DNA from: Cyanophora paradoxa CCMP329
Lineage: Eukaryota > Plantae > Glaucophyta
DNA: 64,000 bases
Assembly: GCA_004431415.1 (NCBI GenBank)
Contig: QPMI01000668.1
Coordinates: forward strand, 1-64,000
Direction: 5' to 3'
Shown here: positions 1-11,192 of the stretch, in pieces
How the letters are laid out: each line of letters opens with the position of its first letter
Numbering within the stretch: the stretch's first letter is position 1
Notes under the pieces: model-generated
The model's database searches: none
What the model was told of the DNA's origin: nothing
The model's input: the letters and a program-made list of their open reading frames with translations, nothing else
Position numbers and translations under genes: made by a program

Positions 1-18
1 TTGGAGTATTGCAATACT

Positions 19-365
19 TCGACAGAATCTGCGACAGAATCAGTCGATAAAATTCGACAGAATCGGTCGACCGATTCTGTCGAATAGTCGATCGACTGAT
101 TCTGTCGATCGACTGATTTTGTCGACTGATTCTGTCGCAGAATCAGTCGATAAAATTCGACTGATTCGGTCGACCGATTCTGGCGCAGAATCAGTCGATC
201 GACTGATTCTGTCGATCGACTGATTTTGTCGACTGATTCTGTCGCAGAATCAGTCGATAAAATTCGACTGATTCGGTCGACCGATTCTGTTGCAGAATCA
301 GTCGATCGACTGATTCTGTCGATCGACTGATTTTGTCGACCGATTCTGTCGCAGAGTCTGTCGAT
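19..365. repeat. Left subterminal tandem array, ~107-bp unit rich in GTCGAC/GATTCTGTCG palindromic motifs
   Basis: CGCAGAATCAGTCGATAAAATTCGAC recurs at ~136 and ~243, with a degenerate copy at ~32. Confidence 0.9.
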
Positions 366-767
366 CTAGATCTGTTGTGTTTTTATTTTTCAACCTAATC
401 TGCCGATCCATATCTTAATTATAATAAGCCAGTTTTATATATTTCTTATAATTTGTGGCCTGGCCCTAGGCTAGGCCTCGCTGCTGCATGCGCCTGCTGT
501 CTACGCGTACGTATACTGGGGTCCTGAATCCTGATCGATATATATATAATATATACTCTCTCGGGCCCAGGCCAGGCGCTGCCCGGCTCCAGCAATCCAG
601 CAGGCCCGGGCGCCTTGTGCCCACCTGCCTCTGGTTGCTCTGCAGTCTAGAACTAGAGACCGGCGGACTGTAAATTTAGCTATAGGCAGCACATCAACAC
701 TGAATCATGCAGCGTGGGGCCTAGCCGAGCAGGCTGAAGGGAGAGGTACTAGGGATTCACATGTAGT

Positions 768-3700
768 ACTAGTAATTAACTAGTAAGGGCGAGTCATAAG
801 CCGGAGGATAACGGGTGAAGCGATGCGGCCCGCACCAGGTCGTTCTGCACCTCGCCGCGCTCGCTGCGCAATGCATCGCGGTGAGCGAGAGCTCGAATCG
901 AATGGAAAGAGCAACGCCGGCACGCAGGCGGCTATGCATGCGCACCTCGGCGAGGAGAGGAGAGGGAGAGGAGAGCACGAAAGCGGCTCTCCTAGGGCGC
1001 CCGGCAGCCCACGACCGCGACCGCTGATGGCAAGGGCGACGCGCTCGCTGCGCTTGGAGAGTCAATCGAAAGAAAAGAAGCGTCCGCGCCGGCGAACGAC
1101 CGCACCTCGGCCCGAGCGGCCGAAAGCATGATCTCCGAGGCGCCCGGCAGCCCGCGACCGCGACCGCGAGGGCGAGGGCGAGGGCGAAGAGCTCGCTGCG
1201 CTCGGATCGAAAGAGAAGAAATATGCGCGACAGCAACGACCGCACCTGCGCCCGAGCGGCCGCAAGCATGAACTCCGAGGCCGATCCAGCAGCCACCGGG
1301 CCACACGTCCGGAAAGCGGCACGCGCTGCGCTGCGCACGCCGCCGGCGTTACAACAAGATCAAAGGGCGAGCAGTGGAGACAAGAGCGAGCACCTGGCCT
1401 GCGGAAGAAGGCGCCGGGCGAACTGGGCGGTGGTGTTCTGCTCGCGGGACCAGTCACGCCCGCTCCCTGGCCGCCAGCGAAATGAGGGATTGAATCAAAG
1501 GAGAGGAAACGAAAAGCACCTTGCTTCGCCTCCGCAGCGCCGCCTACGTTCCGCGCGTGCCTGTCAGCGGCAGAACGCCCACTGGCGACAGCCGCGGGAG
1601 GAATGGACAAAAAAGGCAACAAGGAGGTCGACAGCGATGCGTTCGCGAGCGTTCGCGGCCGCAACCGGGCGCCAGCCACCCTGAAGCAGCGCTCTGCGTT
1701 TGAAATCAGGCGGGCGACAGGCGGCGAGAGGCGCCAGAGGATGCAAGAGAGGACCTTCGAGCATCGTTCGCGCTGGAAGCCGACGAAGTTCGCTGCGGCG
1801 GCAGCAAGTCCGTTCGACCTGGTTTGAAAAGCGGAATCAGAGACGCGGGCAGCGCTGCGAGACCCCGGAGGAGCCAACGAACCGAGCCGCTGTGAGAGTG
1901 AAGCGCGTCCGCGCGGCAGCCTTCAGTCGAGGCTGCAGCTGCTGGCAGCAAGGCACATGAAGGCGCTTCAAGCAGCAAGTTTGGGGTACACGACTGTTGG
2001 GAAAGCCTTGTGAGGCCCACAGCGGCAGGGCCGCCGCGGCAGCCGCGCCGTAGTATAGCTTTTCGAAGCCGCCTGAAGCGATTGCCAACGGCTCGACCTG
2101 GCCCTCGGTCCGGAGCGCCTCCCGCTGCGGCACCTTCGCGCGTGCTCGCAGCACGCAGCGCGAGGCAGCTACAAGCACGTGAGCTTGTAACCATGGGTCC
2201 AGCTCCCCCCGTAGCGTCGTCCCTGCGCCGCGCCGATCCACAGCTAGATCGACCAGGCCCGCAACCCCGCGCTGGGTGACTTCGCCGTGCTGGCCGGGTC
2301 TTTGCGTGCCTTTCAGCTCACTTACATCCGCAGTATCTCTACCAGACAGCCCCGCGGTCGATTTGGAGGGTTGAGGTGCACGCCGGCCGGCGGAGCTCTC
2401 TCACATGTTTCGGTTCATAGCGCGTCCCTCTAAGATGCTCACGCAGTGCCTCTGACTCTGGACTGGCCGGGCGCTGCGTGAGCGCGCGGACCGACGCAAC
2501 CTCCCGATCGGCGGTCGCCTCGGGTGCGCCTACCAAGCACAGCATTTGGCCAGCGACGCGCGAGCGCGTAGCTGACGAGGCCCAGATCGCCAGGATGGGT
2601 GAGCCGCCTCAGATCGTCGCAGTTTGGGAGACATTCTTCTACACTGCCTGGGTGAGCCGGCTGGGCCCGTTCGCGTCGCTGACGGGACGCGTACGCGTCG
2701 CTGACGGGGCGCGCCGGTAACACAGGATACCGGAAACGCCGCGTGAAGCCCATGGGCTGGGGTGCGGCGGTTGGCGACGCCGCTCGCGGGGGGGCGGATC
2801 CGGAGGCGCGGCAGGCGGCCGCGTGAATTCCAGGATAGGGCGGAGGCGCTTCCTGCGGCGCTGCAGCTCGCGGAGGCGGGCGGCGGCCGGAGGCGCGGCG
2901 CGTGGCGGCGCGGCTCGCCGGGCGGGGCAGAGGCGCGGCGGGCGGCCGCACGGCTCGCCAGGCGGGGGGGGGCGCGGCGTGGCGTCGGCGGCTCGCCGGG
3001 CCGGGCGGAGGCGCGGCGGGCGGCCGCGAGGCTCCGCTGGGCGGGGCGGAGGCGCGCGGGCGCGCGAGGCTCGCCAGTGGGCCGGGGCGCGCGGCGCGGC
3101 GCGGCTCGCGAGCGGGATGGATCTCGCGGCGGCGGCGAGGCTCGCGGGCGGGGCAGACGCTCGGCGGCGGCCGCGCGCCTCGCGGGCCGGGGCGGAGGCG
3201 CGGCGGGCGGCGCGCGCCTCGCTGGGCGGGCGGAGCGTGGCGGGCGGCGCGGCGGCTCGCGGGGCGGATGAGCGCAGCAAGCGCGTCGGCGGCTCGCCGG
3301 CGGGCGAGGCGCGGCAGGCGGCGGAGGCAGCTCGCCGGGCCGGCGGAGGCGCAGGGGCGGCCGCGAGGCTCCGCTGGCGGGCGGAGGCGCGGCGGCGGCG
3401 GAGCGGCTCGCGGGGCGGACGGAGGCGCGGCGGCGCGCGGCGGCTCGCGGACCGGGGCAGACGCTCGGCGGGCGGCCGCGCGGCTCGCCAGGCGGCCGGG
3501 GGCGCGGCGGGCGGCGGCGCGGCTCGCCGGGCGGCCGGGGGCGCGGCGGGCGGCGGCGCGGCTCGCCGGGCGAGACTGTGGCGCGGCGGGCGGCCGCGAG
3601 GATTGCTGGGCGTGGCGGAGGCGCGGCGGGTCGCCGCGCGGCTCGCGGAGCGGGATGGATGCTCGCGGGCGGCGGCGAGGCTCGCCGGGCGGGCAGACGC

Positions 3701-3950
3701 TCGGCGGGCGCCGCGCGCCTCGCGGGCCGGGGCGGAGGCGCGGCGGGTGGCGGCGCAGCTCGCTGGGCGGGCGGAGGCGTGGCGGGCGGCCGCACGGCTC
3801 GCCAGGCGGGCCGGGGGCGCGGCGGTGGCGTCGGCGGCTCGCCGGCGGGGCGGAGGCGCGGCAGGCGGCGGAGGCAGCTCGCCGGGCCGGGCGGAGGCGC
3901 AGCGGGCGGCCGCGAGCTCCGCTGGGCGGGCGGAGGCGCGGCGGCGCGTC
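768..3950 (+). repeat. Left arm of a ~3.2-kb internal inverted repeat
   Basis: Reverse complement of ~7050-10317. The peptide MKSGGRQAARG... appears identically at 1700..1960(+) and 9151..9411(-). Confidence 0.9.
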
Positions 3951-4200
3951 GGCGGCTCGCCGGGCGGGCCGAGGCGCGGCAGGCGGCGGAGGCAGCTCGC
4001 CGGGCCGGGCGAGCGGGCGGGCGGCGCGCGGCTCGCTGGGCGGCCGGAGGCGCGGCGCGCTGCGGCGCGACTCGCCGGGAGGGCCAGAGGGCGGCGGGCG
4101 GCGGTGCGCAGCGCGGCGGCCGCTGCGCGGCTCGCGTGGCAGGGCGGAGGCGCGGCGTGCAGCGGCACGGCCCGCCGGGCGGGCGGAGGCGCGGCGGAGG
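2865..4200 (+). repeat. Extremely GC-rich degenerate minisatellite (GGCGGAGGCGCGGCGGGCGGCCGCG..GGCTCGCC units); further blocks at ~4995-5735(+) and ~7050-8240(-)
   Basis: Reiteration is visible directly. It generates spurious R/A/P/G-rich ORFs in all six frames. Confidence 0.9.
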
Positions 4201-7045
4201 CTCGTGGGGAAGCCTGCAGATGCTCGCTCTGTACCGTAGTACTCTTGCGTAGATCATCGGATATGCACCCCGCCCATTTCGAGGGTGGGGAATCCGAATC
4301 TGAAGTTCTCGTCAGCTCGTCCGTTCTCATATGCTCAGCGCGGCGACTTCGCACTTCTTTGCACATGATCATGATCATGAGTCTCTAGCTGCCATTAAAA
4401 GAATACTGGGTTCCTGGCACATGTAAGCACCCGGAGATGATATCAGCGCCCACTGTGTATCTGTAGAGTATTTGACGAGAAGCTCAGGGCTCCCGGCATT
4501 GCGGCGGGAAGAACGACTCCCTTATAGGGTTTCTCCCGAGATCAATTTTGAGAGCCGATTCCCAGTCCGCCCGTGCCTTCCAGCTCAGATGCCAACGGAT
4601 ACGAGTCATTTGATAGCGTGTTAGATAGGGCCTCAACGTGATTACCGGCTGCCGGGCTTCTATTCGCATTTCCTGGCGCGCGGGAAGGCCTCAAAATGCC
4701 GCCAAAAATCATTGAATAATGGCGACTTGCCCTGCAAAATAATGCACGGCACGCTACGAGCTAGCTTGCGGCCTGCGCCGACCTCAAAATCAAATCCAGC
4801 TGGCAGCACTGTCAAGAACCCCGAAAGCGTCTCATCGCCCGATGTAACTTGTCAGATAAGATGCTATCCTTGTGATTTCTGTCCTCGAGGCCTCTTCGGG
4901 GCAAGTTGACAATCTCGGAGAGCTCGCTTGACCTGACGCCGCTCCGTCATCTGGGTCCGCGACTGACTCCACATTTGCACCCCGCCATTTCGAGGGCGGC
5001 TCGCGACCGGGCAGACGCTCGGCGGGCGGCCGCGCGGCTCGCCAGGCGGCCGGGGCGCGGCGGGCGGCGGCGCGGCTCGCCGGCGGGCGGGGCGCGGCGG
5101 CGCGGCGCGGCTCGCCGGCGAGACTGTGCGCGGCGGGCGGCCGCGAGGATGCTGGGCGTGGCGGAGGCGCGGCGGGTCGCCGCGCGGCTCGCGGAGCGGG
5201 ATGGATGCTCGCGGCGGCGGCGAGGCTCGCCGGCGGGGCAGACGCTCGGCGGCGCCGCGCGCCTCGCGGGCCGGGGCGGAGGCGCGGCGGTGGCGGCGCA
5301 GCTCGCTGGCGGGCGGAGGCGTGGCGGCGGCCGCACGGCTCGCCAGGCGGCCGGGGCGCGGCGGGTGCGTCGCGGCTCGCCGGGGGGCGGAGGCGCGGCA
5401 GGCGCGGAGGCAGCTCGCCGGCCGGGCGGAGGCGCAGCGGGCGCCGCGAGGCTCCGCTGGCGGGGCGGAGGCGCGGCGGCGGCGTCGGCGGCTCGCCGGG
5501 CGGGCCGAGGCGCGGCAGGCGGCGGAGGCAGCTCGCCGGCCGGGCGGAGGCGGGGCGGCGGCGCGCGGCTCGCTGGGCGCCGGAGGCGCGGCGCGCTGCG
5601 GCGCGACTCGCCGGAGGGCCAGAGGGGCGGCGGCGGCGGTGCGCAGGCGCGGCGGCCGGCTGCGCGGCTCGCGTGGCAGGCGGAGGCGCGGCGTGCAGCG
5701 GCACGGCCCGCCGGCGGGGCGGAGGCGCGGCGGAGGCTCGTGGGAAGCCTGCAGATGCTCGCTCTGTACCGTAGTACTCTTGCGTAGATCATCGGATATG
5801 CACCCCGCCCATTTCGAGGGTGGGGAATCCGAATCTGAAGTTCTCGTCAGCTCGTCCGTTCTCATATGCTCAGCGCGGCGACTTCGCACTTCTTTGCACA
5901 TGATCATGATCATGAGTCTCTAGCTGCCATTAAAAGAATACTGGGTTCTGCACATGTAAGCACCCGGAGATGATATCAGCGCCCCACTGTGTATCTGTAG
6001 AGTATTTGACGAGAAGCTCAGGGCTCCCGGCATTGCGGCGGGGAAGAACGACTCCCTTATAGGGTTTCTCCCGAGATCAATTTTGAGAGCCGATTCCCAG
6101 TCCGCCCGTGCCTTTCCAGCTCAGATGCCAACGGATACGAGTCATTTGATAGCGTGTTAGATAGGGCCTCAACGTGATTACCGGCTGCCGGGCTTCTATT
6201 CGCATTTCCTGGCGCGCGGGAAGGCCTCAAAATGCCCGCCAAAATCATTGAATAATGGCGACTTGCCCTGCAAAATAATGCACGCACGCTACGAGCTAGC
6301 TTGCGGCCTGCGCCGACCTCAAAATCAAATCCAGCACTGTCAAGAACCCCCGAAAGCGTCTCATCGCCCGGATGTAACTTGTCAGATAAGATGCTATCCT
6401 TGGTGATTTCTGTCCTCGAGGCCTCTTCGGGCAAGTTGACAATCTCGGAGAGCTCGCTTGACCTGACGCCGCTCCGTCATCTGGGTCCGCGACTGACTCC
6501 ACATTTGCACCCCGCCCATTCGAGGGTGGGGACTCGGAATCCGAATCTGAAGTTCTCGTCAGCTCGTCCGTTCTCATATGCTCAGCGCGGCGACTTCGCA
6601 CTTCTTGCACATGATCATGATCATGAGTCTCTAGCTGCCATTAAAAGAATACTGGGTTCCTGGCACATGTAAGCACCCGGAGATGATATCAGCGCCCCAC
6701 TGTGTATCTGTAGAGTATTTGACGAGAAGCTCAGGCTCCCGGGCATTGCGGCGGGAAGAACGACTCCCTTATAGGGTTTCTCCCGAGATCAATTTTGAGA
6801 GCCGATTCCCAGTCCGCCCGTGCCTTTCCAGCTCAGATGCCAACGGATACGAGTCATTTGATAGCGTGTTAGATAGGCCTCAACGTGATTACCGGCTGCC
6901 GGCTTCTATTCGCATTTCCTGGCGCGCGGGAAGGCCTCAAAATGCCCGCCAAAAATAATGGCGACTTGCCCTGCAAAATAATGCACGGCACGCTACGAGC
7001 TAGCTTGCGGCCTGCGCCGACCTCAAAATCAAATCCAGCACTGAG
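4200..7045 (+). repeat. ~700-bp direct repeat unit in about 3 copies (~4265-4990, ~5800-6510, ~6510-7045 partial) forming the spacer of the inverted repeat
   Basis: CACATGATCATGATCATGAGTCTCTAGCTGCCATTAAAAG occurs at ~4362, ~5897 and ~6608. Copies differ mostly by 1-bp indels. Confidence 0.9.
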
Positions 7046-7049
7046 AGCC

Positions 7050-10000
7050 TAGTGCCCGCCCGCCGCACCTCTGCCCCGCCCGGAGAGCCGCGCCTCCGCC
7101 CGCCCGGCGAGCCGCCGACGCCACCGGCCGCGCCCCGGCCCGCCTTGCGAGCCGTGCGGCCGCCCGCCGCGCCTCTGCCCCGCCCGGCGAACCGCGCCGC
7201 CGCCGCCGCGCCCCCGGCCCGCCTGGCGAGCTGCCTCCGCCGCCTGCCGCGCCTCGGTCCCGCCCCGCGAGCCACCGCCGCCGCCCGCCGCGCCTCCGCC
7301 CCGCCCAGCCGAGCCTTGCGGCCGCCCGCCGCGCCTCCGCCCCGCCCAGCGGAGCCTCGCGGCCGCCCGCCGCGCCTCCGCCTGGCCCGGCGAGCTGCCT
7401 CCGCCTCCTGCCGCGCCTCCGTCACGCCTCGCGAGCCGCGCCGCCGCCCGCCGCGCCCCCGGCCCACCTGGCGAGCCTCGCCGCCGCCCGCCGCGCCACA
7501 GTCTCGCCCGGCGAGCCGCGCCGCCGCCCGCCGCGCCCCCGGCCCGCCCGGCGAGCCGCGCCGCCGCCCGCCGCGCCCCGGCCCGCCTGGCGAGCCGCGC
7601 GGCCGCCCGCCGAGCGTCTGCCCCGGTCCGCGAGCCGCCGCCGCCGCCCGCCGCGCCTCCGTCCCGCCCGCGAGCCGCCTCCGCCGCCGCCGCGCCTCCG
7701 CCCCGCCCAGCGGAGCCTCGCGGCCGCCCCCTGCGCCTCCGCCCGGCCCGGCGAGCTGCCTCCGCCGCCTGCCGCGCCTCCGCCCCGCCCGGCGAGCCGC
7801 CGACGCCGCTTGCTGCGCCTCCATCCCGCCCCGCGAGCCGCCGCCGCCGCCCGCCGCGCCTCCGCCCCGCCCAGCGAGGCGCGCCGCCGCCCGCCGCGCC
7901 TCCGCCCCGGCCGCGAGGCGCGCGGCCGCCCGCCGAGCGTCTGCCCCGCCCGGCGAGCCTCGCCGCCGCCCGCGAGGATCCATCCCGCTCCGCGAGCCGC
8001 GCCGCCGCCCGCCGCGCCCCCGGCCCACCTGGCGAGCCTCGCCGCCGCCCGCCGCGCCTCCGCCCCGCCCAGCGGAGCCTCGCGGCCGCCCGCCGCGCCT
8101 CCGCCCGGCCCGGCGAGCCGCCGACGCCACCCGCCGCGCCCCGGCCCGCCTGACGAGCCGTGCGGCCGCCCGCCGCGCCTCTGCCCGCCCGGCGAGCCGC
8201 GCCGCCACGCGCCGCGCCTCCGGCCGCCCGCCCGCCTCCGCGAGCTGCAGCGCCGCAGGAAGCGCCTCCGCCCTATCCTGGAATTCACGCGGCCGCCTGC
8301 CGCGCCTCCGGATCCGCCCCGCCCGCGAGCGGCGTCGCCAACCGCCGCACCCCAGCCCATGGGCTTCACGCGGCGTTTTCCGGTATCCTGTGTTACCGGC
8401 GCGCCCCGTCAGCGACGCGTACGCGTCCCGTCAGCGACGCGAACGGGCCAGCCGGCTCACCCAGGCAGTGTAGAAGAATGTCTCCCAAACTGCGACGATC
8501 CGAGGCGGCTCACCCATCCTGGCGATCTGGGCCTCGTCAGCTACGCGCTCGCGCGTCGCTGGCCAAATGCTGTGCTTGGCAGGCGCACCCGAGGCGACCG
8601 CCGATCGGAGGTTGCGTCGGTCCGCGCGCTCACGCAGCGCCCGGCCAGTCCAGAGTCAGAGGCACTGCGTGAGCATCTTAGAGGGACGCGCTATGAACCG
8701 AAACATGTGAGAGAGCTCCGCCGGCCGGCGTGCACCTCAACCCTCCAAATCGACCGCGGGCTGTCTGGTAGAGATACTGCGGATGTAAGTGAGCTGAAAG
8801 GCACGCAAAGAACCCGGCCAGCACGGCGAAGTCACCCAGCGCGGGGTTGCGGGCCTGGTCGATCTAGCTGTGGATCGGCGCGGCGCAGGGACGACGCTAC
8901 GGGGGAGCTGGACCCATGGTTACAAGCTCACGTGCTTGTAGCTGCCTCGCGCTGCGTGCTGCGAGCACGCGCGAAGGTGCCGCAGCGGGAGGCGCTCCGG
9001 ACCGAGGCCAGGTCGAGCCGTTGGCAATCGCTTCAGGCGGCTTCGAAAAGCTATACTACGGCGCGGCTGCCGCGGCGGCCCTGCCGCTGTGGGCCTCACA
9101 AGGCTTTTCCCAACAGTCGTGTACCCCAAACTTGCTGCCTTGAAGCGCCTTCATGTGCCTTGCTGCCAGCAGCTGCAGCCTCGACTGAAGGCTGCCGCGC
9201 GGACGCGCTTCACTCTCACAGCGGCTCGGTTCGTTGGCTCCTCCGGGGTCTCGCAGCGCTGCCCGCGTCTCTGATTCCGCTTTTCAAACCAGGTCGAACG
9301 GACTTGCTGCCGCCGCAGCGAACTTCGTCGGCTTCCAGCGCGAACGATGCTCGAAGGTCCTCTCTTGCATCCTCTGGCGCCTCTCGCCGCCTGTCGCCCG
9401 CCTGATTTCAAACGCAGAGCGCTGCTTCAGGGTGGCTGGCGCCCGGTTGCGGCCGCGAACGCTCGCGAACGCATCGCTGTCGACCTCCTTGTTGCCTTTT
9501 TTGTCCATTCCTCCCGCGGCTGTCGCCAGTGGGCGTTCTGCCGCTGACAGGCACGCGCGGAACGTAGGCGGCGGCTGCGGAGGCGAAGCAAGGTGCTTTT
9601 CGTTTCCTCTCCTTTGATTCAATCCCTCATTTCGCTGGCGGGCCAGGGAGCGGGCGTGACTGGTCCCCGCGAGCAGAACACCACCGCCCAGTTCGCCCGG
9701 CGCCTTCTTCCGCAGGCCAGGTGCTCGCTCTTGTCTCCACTGCTCGCCCTTTGATCTTGTTGTAACGCCGGCGGCGTGCGCAGCGCAGTGCGTGCCGCTT
9801 TCCGGACGTGTGGCCCGTGGCTGCTGGGATCGGCCTCGGAGTTCATGCTTGCGGCCGCTCGGGCGCAGGTGCGGTCGTTTGCTGTCGCGCATATTTCTTC
9901 TCTTTCGATCCGAGCGCAGCGAGCTCTTCGCCCTCGCCCTCGCCCTCGCGGTCGCGGTCGCGGGCTGCCGGGCGCCTCGGAGATCATGCTTTCGGCCGCT

Positions 10001-10317
10001 CGGGCCGAGGTGCGGTCGTTCGCCGGCGCGGATGCTTCTTTTCTTTCGATTGACTCTCCAAGCGCAGCGAGCGCGTCGCTCTCGCCATCAGCGGACGCGG
10101 AGCGATCGCAAGCTGATCTTCTGCCTCCTCTCCTCGCCGAGGTGCATAGCCGCCTGCTTGCCGGCCTTTTCCTCTTTCCATTCGATTTAAGCTCTCGCTC
10201 ACCGCGATGCGCATGGCGCAGCGAGGGCGGCGAGGTGCAGAACGACCTGGTGCGGGCCGCATCGCTTCACCGTTATCCTCCAGCTTCTGACTCGCCCTTT
10301 GTTGCCTAGCAACTAGG
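7050..10317 (-). repeat. Right arm of the internal inverted repeat
   Basis: 10251-10300 AACGACCTGGTGCGGGCCGCATCGCTTCACC region mirrors 785-845. Mirror ORFs occur on opposite strands. Confidence 0.9.
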
Positions 10318-10827
10318 GACGAACGACTAATTGAAGCCGCGCGCGAGCGGACGGCGTCGGGCTGGAGTGCGTGCGGCTGCATCCGGGGCCAGGGTAGGGT
10401 TTATATTTGCAGGACTAGGCAGGGCTAGGCGGCAGCCTAGGCCAGAGTAGGGATCATATTTGCGATGTGACAGCATGTATGCATAGGTGTGTGCATGCAG
10501 ATCATGAATTAGGCGGCCCGCACGATATGTGAAAATAGGTGGCCTGCAGATCAACTAATTTATATAGATGCAAAAAGCCAATGCCAGATGTACATGTGTT
10601 CTGGCCCGCCTATAGCTAGTCATGGGCCGTCAGGGCCTATATATATATAGTGTAGCTGACCTAGGCCTGTGCATGCGACCTGCAGCTGGATCCCCCGGAG
10701 ATCCTCCACTAGTACTGGCTCAATATTTATACAAGATAATATACAAATCAATAATCTTAATATGAAGAATATTAATCAATTTATCGACAAACCTGGCGAT
10801 ATATCAATATATATTAATATATCAAGT

Positions 10828-11168
10828 ATCGACAGATTTTGTCGACCGATTCTGTCGCAGAGTCTGTCGATAAAATTCGACAGAATCGGTCGACCGATTC
10901 TGGCGCAGAATCAGTCGATCGACAGAGTTGGTCGATCGACTGATTTTGTCGACCGATTCTGTCGCAGAGTCAGTCGATAAAATTCGACAGAATCGGTCGA
11001 CCGATTCTGGCGCAGAATCAGTCGATCGACAGAGTTGGTCGATCGACTGATTTTGTCGACCGATTCTGTCGCAGAGTCAGTCGATAAAATTCGACAGAAT
11101 CGGTCGACCGATTCTGGCGCAGAATCAGTCGATCGACTGATTCTGTCAATCGACTGATTCTGTCGACC
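10828..11168. repeat. Right subterminal tandem array, same ~107-bp unit
   Basis: GCAGAGTC(T/A)GTCGATAAAATTCGACAGAATCGGTCGACC recurs at ~10857, ~10964 and ~11071. Confidence 0.9.
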
Positions 11169-11192
11169 AAGTATTGCAATACTCCAAAAGTG

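Larger units (their letters stand above)
1..11192. mobile_element. Large non-autonomous TIR (foldback-like, probably CACTA/CMC-type) element; left end runs to or just beyond the window edge
   Basis: Positions 1-19 TTGGAGTATTGCAATACTT are the exact reverse complement of 11169-11187 AAGTATTGCAATACTCCAA. The right end continues AAGTG, so the minus strand reads CACTTTTGGAG... Subterminal repeat arrays lie at both ends. No transposase is recognisable. Confidence 0.7.

Noticed and set aside
19-365. CRISPR-like or iteron array
   Set aside because: There are no unique spacers, the context is eukaryotic, and the array is mirrored at the other end of a TIR element.
2439-9405. Long ORFs (400-580 aa) in several frames
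   Set aside because: They are R/A/P/G low-complexity products of the GC minisatellite, open on both strands, with no domains.
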